Source of the DNA: Candidatus Pacearchaeota archaeon
GTDB lineage: Archaea; Nanobdellota; Nanobdellia; Pacearchaeales; GW2011-AR1
Direction of reading: 5' to 3'
DNA: 64,000 nucleotides
Assembly: GCA_009694725.1 (NCBI GenBank)
Contig: SICV01000002.1
Location: 26,966-90,965 of the forward strand
In this document: positions 56,756 to 64,000 of the stretch, in pieces
Position numbering within the stretch: the stretch's first letter is position 1
How the letters are laid out: every line of letters begins with the position of its first letter
Program-made: the position numbers and the translations under genes
Notes under the pieces: generated by a model
Databases searched by the model: none
The model's input: only the letters and a program-made list of their open reading frames with translations
What the model was told of the DNA's origin: nothing

Positions 56756-57619
56756 ATGATAACAAAAATATACAAATTCATACTACTTACACTGCTCGCG
56801 CTATTTGTCTTCGCTCCGAGTCTTGCCTCCGCACATCAACCTCGAATTACAGAGGAGAGACTTACATCAGTTACTGATCCCGAAGTTTCCAAAGCATATT
56901 ATGGCAAGCTCACTGGCGTGCAGGATGTATATACTATAGAGTCGAAGGAAGCATTTAATCTGTATGTTGGAGTCTTGGTGCCAGATATAGCAGGGCAAAA
57001 GAAAGACGTCTCGGTTGTGATAATGAAAGATGGCAAGCAAATAGTTGTGCTCGATGGCGCGACATTTACCTGGAAACAGGTTTTTGAACCATTCGGCCAT
57101 GACACCTACTGGCAAGGGCCGGAGTATAAAGCGCGTGCTGATGCAGGCATCTACGAGATCCGTGTGACAAGCCCCAAGAACGACAGCAAGTACTCGCTCG
57201 CCACTGGTGAGATAGAGAAGTTTGACGGCAAAGAAGGCATGAATGCGCTGATCCTCATCCCCCAAATAAAAAAGAACTTTTTTAACGAATCGCCAATCGG
57301 CTTTATCTTCTCTCCCTTCGGCTGGGGGCTTATTGTTATTATGTATATTCTCGCGTTCATCGCGGGCTTTATCTATCGCACAATTTTGAAAAAGTTTGCC
57401 CAAAATTCTCCCCGCGGCTTTGCCAAAAACATCGGCAAACCTGACCGTTTACTTCGCCTAGCTATCGGCGTAGCATTACTATTGTGGGCTATCACTACCA
57501 CCTGGAGCCCCATCCTCCTCTTCTTCTCCGGCTTCGCATTTTTTGAAGCGATATTTAGCTGGTGTGGCTTCTATGCCGCGATGGGTAAAAACACCTTCTT
57601 GTGGAGTAAAAATTTATGA
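56756..57619 (+). CDS. Secreted/membrane protein with C-terminal DUF2892-like domain
   Basis: Signal peptide, FEPFG, KNIGKPDRLLRL...WCGFYAAMGKNT. Confidence 0.75.
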   Translation: MITKIYKFILLTLLALFVFAPSLASAHQPRITEERLTSVTDPEVSKAYYGKLTGVQDVYTIESKEAFNLYVGVLVPDIAGQKKDVSVVIMKDGKQIVVLDGATFTWKQVFEPFGHDTYWQGPEYKARADAGIYEIRVTSPKNDSKYSLATGEIEKFDGKEGMNALILIPQIKKNFFNESPIGFIFSPFGWGLIVIMYILAFIAGFIYRTILKKFAQNSPRGFAKNIGKPDRLLRLAIGVALLLWAITTTWSPILLFFSGFAFFEAIFSWCGFYAAMGKNTFLWSKNL

Positions 57620-57724
57620 CCCAAGTATCTTTTGCCACTGAAGGCCGAGGTTCGCAAAAAGGAGGGAATAGTAGCTCGGGAGAAAATAAAGTCTATAATA
57701 GAAGTAAGGACTGAAGAGAAATAA
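57620..57724 (+). pseudogene. C-terminal remnant of a DUF1905-like gene
   Basis: Start-less frame YLLPLKAEVRKKEGI... Confidence 0.55.
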
Positions 57725-57991
57725 ATGGATACTATAACCATACACACGATTGCCGTCATTGCATTTATTATCTGGAGTTTTCCTTTGGGATTGTTTCGCA
57801 GTCGATTTAGGAAGATGATATATAAAACTGATAGCTGGTGGATTAATGTAAAGCCCGTTTTTTGGGAGGAGATCAAAGTGCTTTTTGGCTTTCATCAGCG
57901 CACGGACAGGGCAGAGTTGCGGGTGATTAATTTCTATCGTTTTTATCTGATCGTATACTTCGCTATTTTAACTTTAATACTATCAACCTGA
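57725..57991 (+). CDS. Small membrane protein
   Basis: RSRFRKMIY...INVKPVF...NFYRFYL. Confidence 0.7.
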   Translation: MDTITIHTIAVIAFIIWSFPLGLFRSRFRKMIYKTDSWWINVKPVFWEEIKVLFGFHQRTDRAELRVINFYRFYLIVYFAILTLILST

Positions 57992-57994
57992 TCA

Positions 57995-59455
57995 ATGAAT
58001 ACTATGAAAGAAGCAACATTAGTCTATCCTCATCAACTTTTTATAAAATCACCAGCTATACAAAAAGGACGGATTATTTTTTTGATTGAAGAGTCATTGA
58101 TTCTGTCGCGGAACCCGATTCATTATCAAAAGCTAATTTTTCACAAATTAAGTATGAGTGCATATGGTGAGCTTTTGAAAAAAGAGGGTTACAAAGTAAA
58201 ATGTCTGACGATTGAACAGTATCCGAAGACTGAAGATATTTTTGATTATTTAAAAAAAGAAGGAATACAAGAAATTCATATTGTCGATACTACTGACTTC
58301 TATTTGGAGCGGATTATAACCGCTTCCAAGATAAAGCGAGTTTGGTATGAGTCACCACTTTTTATTTTGCCAAAGGAGGAATCAATAGCAAGATACAAAA
58401 GCTCAAAGAAAAATATGGCGATGTTCTACAAGAAAATTCGAGAGGACTTGGGTATCATGATGGACGGATATAGAAAGCCCAGAGGGGGCGCGTGGAGCTT
58501 TGATGCAGATAATCGAAAAAAACTTGCTCGAGATACAACTCTACCCAAGGATATTGTTTTTGAAAATGATTTTGATGTATCAAAAATGAGGAAGTGGCTT
58601 GATACAGTACAAGCTGAAAAATATGGAGAGATAGCGTGCTGGCTACCATGTACACACAAGGATGCCAAAAAATTTTTGCAGGTATTTTTAGAAGATCGCT
58701 TTGTACATTTTGGTGTGTATGAGGACGCGCTTTCTACGAAAAGCGTAAGGCTCTTTCATTCTACATTGTCACCCCTCATAAATATTGGATTGCTCGAACC
58801 GAGACAGGTAATCGATATGGCAATAGTGTATGCAGATACTCACGCTATACCTATAAATTCGCTCGAAGGTTTTGTACGACAGATTATTGGGTGGCGTGAG
58901 TTTATGCGCGCTTCCTATGAGTGTGATGGTGTTGTCATGCGCACTAAGAATTTTTGGAAACATTCCCGTAGCTTGCCAATAGGATTTTGGACTGGAGATA
59001 CTGGTATTGCTCCGGTCGACAGTGCTATCAAGAAAGCTTTGCACTATGGATACAATCATCACATCGAGCGATTAATGGTTCTCGGTAACTTTATGTTGCT
59101 TTCTCAAGTTAATCCCGATTATGTGTATCGGTGGTTTATGGCAATGTACGTGGATGCGTATGATTGGGTAATGGTACCAAATGTATATGGGATGAGTCAG
59201 TTCGCTGATGGTGGTATTTTTGCCACCAAACCATATATCTCGGGTAGCAATTACATTAAAAAAATGTCAGATTATCTTGGTGGTGATTGGGAAGAAAAGT
59301 GGACTGCACTGTATTGGAATTTCATAGCTAATCACCGTGACTTTTTCACAAGTAATCATCGACTATCGATGATGCCGAGACTTTTTGATAAGATGGAAAA
59401 GAAGAAAAAAGAAAATTATTTAAAAATTGCAAAGGAGTATCTGTCTAAAAAATAA
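57995..59455 (+). CDS. Cryptochrome/photolyase of the PhrB/CryB-related group, lacking Fe-S cysteines
   Basis: YPHQLF, WSFDADNR, EGFVRQIIGWRE, HHIERLM, YVDAYDWV, KPYISGSNYI. Confidence 0.9.
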   Translation: MNTMKEATLVYPHQLFIKSPAIQKGRIIFLIEESLILSRNPIHYQKLIFHKLSMSAYGELLKKEGYKVKCLTIEQYPKTEDIFDYLKKEGIQEIHIVDTTDFYLERIITASKIKRVWYESPLFILPKEESIARYKSSKKNMAMFYKKIREDLGIMMDGYRKPRGGAWSFDADNRKKLARDTTLPKDIVFENDFDVSKMRKWLDTVQAEKYGEIACWLPCTHKDAKKFLQVFLEDRFVHFGVYEDALSTKSVRLFHSTLSPLINIGLLEPRQVIDMAIVYADTHAIPINSLEGFVRQIIGWREFMRASYECDGVVMRTKNFWKHSRSLPIGFWTGDTGIAPVDSAIKKALHYGYNHHIERLMVLGNFMLLSQVNPDYVYRWFMAMYVDAYDWVMVPNVYGMSQFADGGIFATKPYISGSNYIKKMSDYLGGDWEEKWTALYWNFIANHRDFFTSNHRLSMMPRLFDKMEKKKKENYLKIAKEYLSKK

Positions 59456-59564
59456 TTTCATATACACCGGTTACTCACAACTTATCAAAGCATGAGTGTG
59501 GGGGTGTATACCGCGAGGGGTAAAAAAACCTGCCCGGTGGAATAAAAAATGGTATACTAATTGT

Positions 59565-60056
59565 ATGGACATTATCTCTCATGGATTATATGGGGGTGTG
59601 GCATTTGGTCGCATGCGCAGGCGGGATTATGTGACTGCATTTCTCTTTGGTATAGGGCCAGACCTCTTGGCGTTCGCGCCTCTTTTTATAATAAATATAG
59701 TTTCTGGTGGCACGATGGGTCGGCCAAGCTTAGAAACGATTCCGCCGCACGTCTTCACAGTCTACGGTATCACTCATAGCTTTGTCGTTTACGCAGTATT
59801 CTTTGTATTTCTCTGGTTTCTTGGCAAGAAGCATTTTGCCAAGCTTACACTCGCGTGGCCACTTCATATTTTAGTTGATATACCTACACACGATGCTACC
59901 TTTTTCCCAACGCCTTTTTTGTGGCCGATTTCAGACTTCCACATCAATGGAATATCCTGGGGTCAACCAATCATATTTATTCCGAATGTCATCCTTATCC
60001 TTTCGCTCTATGTGTACTGGTATATGAAGCAAAGAAAAACTCGAAGCCAACGCTAA
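59565..60056 (+). CDS. Membrane metal-dependent hydrolase-like protein
   Basis: SHG, PD, THS, HILVDIPTH. Confidence 0.75.
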   Translation: MDIISHGLYGGVAFGRMRRRDYVTAFLFGIGPDLLAFAPLFIINIVSGGTMGRPSLETIPPHVFTVYGITHSFVVYAVFFVFLWFLGKKHFAKLTLAWPLHILVDIPTHDATFFPTPFLWPISDFHINGISWGQPIIFIPNVILILSLYVYWYMKQRKTRSQR

Positions 60057-60089
60057 GTAAAATGAGTCCGATAATGCTAAAATAAATGT

Positions 60090-60467
60090 ATGAATACCTA
60101 CAACTGGTACTCAACTTTAATCAAACCCGCATGGGCACCATCGAGTTGGCTCTTTGGGCCGGTGTGGACTGGGTATGCTATTATCGCTGTTTCTTTTGGC
60201 ACGGTGTTTTATAAGGCATTTACCAAGCAGATTCCTTGGGTTGTCGCCTTACCTTTTGCTCTCAATCTCGTTTTCAACTTCGCTTTCACACCAATACCCT
60301 TTGGACTCAAAAATAATCTCCTCGCCTCGCTCGATATCTTGCTCGTCTTCGGCACACTCATCTGGGCACTCTACACCGTTTGGCAAGCATCGCTCGAACT
60401 CCGCTGGGTCGTCTATGCCAATATCCCGTATCTCTTGTGGGGGTATTTGCTACTTGTTTATAATTAA
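60090..60467 (+). pseudogene. tspO: TspO/MBR family protein with a frameshifted C-terminus
   Basis: WYSTLIKPAWAP...FGPVWT; after PYLLW the FAT..L motif continues in another frame with a stop. Confidence 0.7.
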
Positions 60468-60504
60468 CCACAGCTTTTATAAATAAAGAATATAGGACAT
60501 TTAT

Positions 60505-61083
60505 ATGTCATTAAATATCAAAATAATTTTAGCAAGCGTGAGAGAGGGCAGATTTGGCGACAAGCCCGCAGAGTGGATTACTATGATTGCCAAAGAAAAA
60601 GAAGGACTTGCTGTAGAGCTGCTGGACCTAAAAGAGTATCAACTGCCTGTTTTCGCAGAGGCAGTTTCACCACTCCAAATTAAAGGAGAGTATAGAACTC
60701 CGGAAATAAATCGCTGGGCAAAAAAAATTGCTGAGGCAGATGCTTTTATTATCGTTGCTCCCGAATATAATCACGGCTACCCATCCTCCTTAAAAAATAA
60801 TATCGATTATCTATATAAGGAATGGAGCAATAAACCAGTTTGCTTTGTCGGTTACGGTTCAACAGGCGGCGCTCGTGTGATTCAGCAATTACGCCAAGTT
60901 TTTACCGAACTACAAATGGCCCCTATTAGAAATAGTGTGCATATTATGTCTCCGTGGTCTTTGACCGAGACCGACGGCACCCTGAAAGCTGGAGTGTTCG
61001 ATGTTCATGTGAAGCCGGCTGAAAGTATGTTGATGCAACTCATATGGTGGGCCAACGCCTTAAAAAAGGCTAGAAAACAATAA
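60505..61083 (+). CDS. NADPH-dependent FMN reductase
   Basis: SVREGRFG, PEYNHGYPSSLKNNID, GGAR. Confidence 0.92.
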   Translation: MSLNIKIILASVREGRFGDKPAEWITMIAKEKEGLAVELLDLKEYQLPVFAEAVSPLQIKGEYRTPEINRWAKKIAEADAFIIVAPEYNHGYPSSLKNNIDYLYKEWSNKPVCFVGYGSTGGARVIQQLRQVFTELQMAPIRNSVHIMSPWSLTETDGTLKAGVFDVHVKPAESMLMQLIWWANALKKARKQ

Positions 61084-61130
61084 GATGAATACAAAACTAT
61101 AAACTGAGGCTTTTAGTGTCTAATCAATAC

Positions 61131-61170
61131 AAATAAAAAAAACTCTAACAAAAGTTAAAGTTTTTTATTT
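61131..61170. terminator. Bidirectional hairpin terminator between convergent genes
   Basis: A-tract, stem actctaac/gttaaagt, T-tract. Confidence 0.55.
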
Positions 61171-61180
61171 GTAAGGGTAT

Positions 61181-61582
61181 TTATTTTGGCATCAATACTG
61201 AGTCGATGACATGGATTATTCCGTTTGAACATTCGATGTCTGCTTTTACTACTTTGACATTATTTATCATAACCCCATTTACAGTATTGATTTTAATTTC
61301 ACCGCTTTGTACTGTCTTTGCAAAAGTTAGACCCATTATATCAGAAGCCATTACTTTTCCTGCCACCACATGGTAAGTAAGTATAGTTGTTAACTTCGCT
61401 TTATCCGCGAGTACTGCATCGAGAGTTTCTTTTGGAATTTTGGCGAAAGCCTCATCTGTCGGAGCAAATACAGTGAATGGCCCTGCCCTAGATAGAGTGT
61501 CTACTAATCCTACTGCTTGTACTGCAGTGACCAGTGTTTTAAATAATCCTGCTGCGACAGCTGTTTCTACTATATTTTTCAT
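61181..61582 (-). CDS. Fasciclin (FAS1) domain protein
   Basis: [28 protein letters not shown]. Confidence 0.93.
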   Translation of the reverse strand: MKNIVETAVAAGLFKTLVTAVQAVGLVDTLSRAGPFTVFAPTDEAFAKIPKETLDAVLADKAKLTTILTYHVVAGKVMASDIMGLTFAKTVQSGEIKINTVNGVMINNVKVVKADIECSNGIIHVIDSVLMPK

Positions 61583-61688
61583 ATATTTATATTAATTATT
61601 GTTAATGCATATACAAACGAGTATTGCATAGTTAGTATAATGGGAGATATTATATACTGATAGAGACCAATTATCTGTGCATAAACCT

Positions 61689-62327
61689 ATGATCAAGATT
61701 TTTATCGCCCTCGTTATACTTATTGGACTCTGGTCTATCTTGGGATTTTTCAGCTCTCGTGTGGAGCAGGCAGACTATACTGTGATAAAGAAAATGAAGG
61801 GATATGAAATACGAGAATATCCGGCGCATATCATCGCACAGACTACGGTAAAGGGTTCTTATGGAGAATCTATGAATAATGGTTTTAGAATTGTGGCTGG
61901 GTATATCTTTGGCGGGAATACAAAAAAAGAAAGTATAGCCATGACCGCTCCAGTCGTCTCGCAAAGTGGCAAAGGTGAAAAAATATCAGAAAGCATAGCC
62001 ATGACTGCGCCGGTAGTGGTGACTGCTGAGGGCGAATCGCAAATAATATCTTTTGGTATGCCTCGATCTTATACGCTTGAGACGCTGCCTACACCAAATG
62101 ATCCTCGAGTAAAAATTGTGATGATTCCCACCAAGAAATATGCAGTACTGCAGTTCTCAGGGTATCGCTCGGATGCTCGGGTAAAAAAAATGCAAGAAAA
62201 ATTAGCTTCATCACTTGTTCGTGATGGAGTGTCGACAGAGGGAAGCACTGCATACGCTGGATACAATGCACCGTGGACTCCACCGTGGATGAATCGTAAT
62301 GAAGTATTGGTGGAGGTTATTAATTAA
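61689..62327 (+). CDS. SOUL heme-binding family protein
   Basis: EIREYP, GFRIVAGYIFGGN, IAMTAPV (twice), RNEVLV. Confidence 0.9.
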   Translation: MIKIFIALVILIGLWSILGFFSSRVEQADYTVIKKMKGYEIREYPAHIIAQTTVKGSYGESMNNGFRIVAGYIFGGNTKKESIAMTAPVVSQSGKGEKISESIAMTAPVVVTAEGESQIISFGMPRSYTLETLPTPNDPRVKIVMIPTKKYAVLQFSGYRSDARVKKMQEKLASSLVRDGVSTEGSTAYAGYNAPWTPPWMNRNEVLVEVIN

Positions 62328-62338
62328 TCTTATTTTTT

Positions 62339-62734
62339 ATGTTCATAAAACTTTATGCAATCGCATTATCTGTTTTCTTTGCCATCGATATGATCTGGCT
62401 TGGGCTAGTGGCTAAGGATTTTTATCGCGCACAAATTGGCATGCTCTTGAAGCCGGATGTAAATTGGACGGCAGCCATACTCTTCTATCTTTTATTTATT
62501 ATTGGTCTTGTGGTATTTGTCATCACTCCGGCCATGGAAAAAGGCTCATGGGTGCACGCGCTTATTTTTGGCGCGCTATTTGGCCTCGTTTGTTATGCCA
62601 CTTATGATCTGACCAATTTGGCGGTTGCCAAGCACTGGACACTTTTGGTAACAGTTGTTGATTTAGCTTGGGGCGCAGTCTTGTCGGCTTCTGTATCTAC
62701 TATTACTTACTTTATTGCAAGTAAATTCAGCTAA
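62339..62734 (+). CDS. DUF2177 membrane protein
   Basis: IDMIWL, YATYDLTNLA, DLAWG. Confidence 0.85.
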   Translation: MFIKLYAIALSVFFAIDMIWLGLVAKDFYRAQIGMLLKPDVNWTAAILFYLLFIIGLVVFVITPAMEKGSWVHALIFGALFGLVCYATYDLTNLAVAKHWTLLVTVVDLAWGAVLSASVSTITYFIASKFS

Positions 62735-63501
62735 TGAATTATTTTCTAACTCTCATTTTAATATTGTTCGCATACATGAGCATGTGGTTCATTGCCTCTT
62801 TGATCAAAAAGAGGAATGATGTGGCCGATGTGGCGTGGGGGCTTGGTTTTGTGCTCATGACCTGGGCGTCTTATGTTCTTTCAGATGATTCTGGTGTGCG
62901 AGGAATACTGGTAGGTATTTTAGTAAGTGTTTGGGGCTTGCGTCTGTCGTGGCATATACACACACGCAACAAGGGGAAGGCAGAGGACTATCGCTATCTC
63001 GCATGGCGCAAAGAATGGGGCCAGTGGTTTTATATCCGTACTTATTTTCAGGTGTATCTTTTGCAAGGTCTGTTTTTGTTTCTCATAGTCTTGCCCGTGT
63101 TGCTTATTAATAAAAGCGCGGGAGTCCAGCTTGGCATTCTTGATTTTGTCGGTATCGTAGTTTGGCTTGTTGGTTTTTATTTTGAAGCTGTTGGGGATGC
63201 GCAACTTGCACGGTTTATTAAAAATCCAGAGAACAAAGGCAAACTTATGCAAAGTGGTCTCTGGGCATATACTCGCCACCCGAATTATTTTGGAGAAGTT
63301 ACACAGTGGTTGGGCATTTGGCTTGTCGCGCTTTCCGTGCCGAGCGGAGTACTTGCAATAATTAGTCCGATTACAATTACCTTTTTAATATTGAAAGTTT
63401 CAGGCATTCCGATGTTGGAAAAGAAAATGGCAGAGCACTCAGATTTTGCGGATTATAAAAGACGGGTTAGTGTTCTTATACCCTTGTTATCTAAAAAGTA
63501 G
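62734..63501 (+). CDS. DUF1295 (steroid 5-alpha-reductase-like) membrane protein
   Basis: DVAWG, EDYRY, GLWAYTRHPNYFGE. Confidence 0.9.
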   Translation: MNYFLTLILILFAYMSMWFIASLIKKRNDVADVAWGLGFVLMTWASYVLSDDSGVRGILVGILVSVWGLRLSWHIHTRNKGKAEDYRYLAWRKEWGQWFYIRTYFQVYLLQGLFLFLIVLPVLLINKSAGVQLGILDFVGIVVWLVGFYFEAVGDAQLARFIKNPENKGKLMQSGLWAYTRHPNYFGEVTQWLGIWLVALSVPSGVLAIISPITITFLILKVSGIPMLEKKMAEHSDFADYKRRVSVLIPLLSKK

Positions 63502-63547
63502 TATAATAAAAATGTCGATAAATTATATTAATTAATTAAAAAAATAT

Positions 63548-63691
63548 ATGAAAAATTATTTTATTATAAGTGCTGGTCTTTCCCTTTTATTTGCTGCATA
63601 TTTGTGGTTTAATGGCCAAACCGATCAAGGTTTGTTTGTCGGTCTTTGGGTTCCTTCCATCCTTTCGCTTGGTGTTCTTTTAATAAAATAG
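63548..63691 (+). CDS. 47-aa membrane protein (not in the ORF track)
   Basis: LWFNGQTDQGLFVGLWVPSILSLG. Confidence 0.6.
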   Translation: MKNYFIISAGLSLLFAAYLWFNGQTDQGLFVGLWVPSILSLGVLLIK

Positions 63692-64000
63692 AAATTATGC
63701 CAAGACGTATATTTTTATTGTTGGAATAATAATCACAGCAATAGTCCTTTTTGGTATCTAAAAGAACAGATAATCTATTATTTTAGATTTTGTTGGATTT
63801 TTCTGAGGCTCGCAAAGTGGTGCATCATTTTCAATTGGAACGCCGTCAGGCCGTGTTGAATCCAGGTTTACGTATTGTTGGTTGGCCGCGTTTGTATGAT
63901 TGGATTTAAAATAGTTTTATAAAATTTTTATTATTAGCATAGGTATGATGGATAGTTTATTCTGGTTTCCCTTTATGGCCGTAGGCTTTGGAGCAATGAT

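Larger units (their letters stand above)
56700..63780. mobile_element. Horizontally acquired bacterial-type island, decaying, no mobility gene seen
   Basis: Change in base composition, bacterial gene families, TATAAT/TATACT boxes, gene fragments; boundaries approximate. Confidence 0.65.

Noticed and set aside
61931..62020. Internal repeat ESIAMTAPVV in the SOUL gene
   Set aside because: A doubled IAMTAPV motif is common in bacterial SOUL proteins.

Overview
Archaeal chromosomal segment, most likely from a small-genome DPANN lineage such as Pacearchaeota/Woesearchaeota (inferred from gene content and reduced proteins; not checked by database search). It carries housekeeping genes (Hef-type helicase, radA, RPA-like, GINS, TFB, aIF2-alpha, aEF1-beta, srp54, ftsY, bud32, rnz, Sm, glyS, ndk, UDG and five ribosomal proteins), seven tRNAs (two with introns) and three toxin-antitoxin-like pairs. 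A type IV pilus-like locus comprises an ATPase, a platform protein, nine tandem class III signal peptide genes and a prepilin peptidase; a separate operon encodes another prepilin-like protein and a 2196-aa Cys-rich secreted protein. The most notable observations are: (1) a two-gene split homolog of the eukaryotic ribosomal prolyl hydroxylase OGFOD1/Tpa1; (2) a covarying multi-hairpin non-coding element in two copies, with hairpin-rich inserts behind duplicated 3' ends of three tRNAs; (3) a ~30-bp non-palindromic motif in about 10 copies, all in one orientation, one inside bud32; (4) an apparent inversion that swaps parts of two conserved ribosomal-protein operons; (5) a decaying ~7-kb bacterial-type light/oxidative-stress island at the right end. 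No rRNA, CRISPR array, transposase or integrase was seen. All homology calls come from motif recognition by eye.
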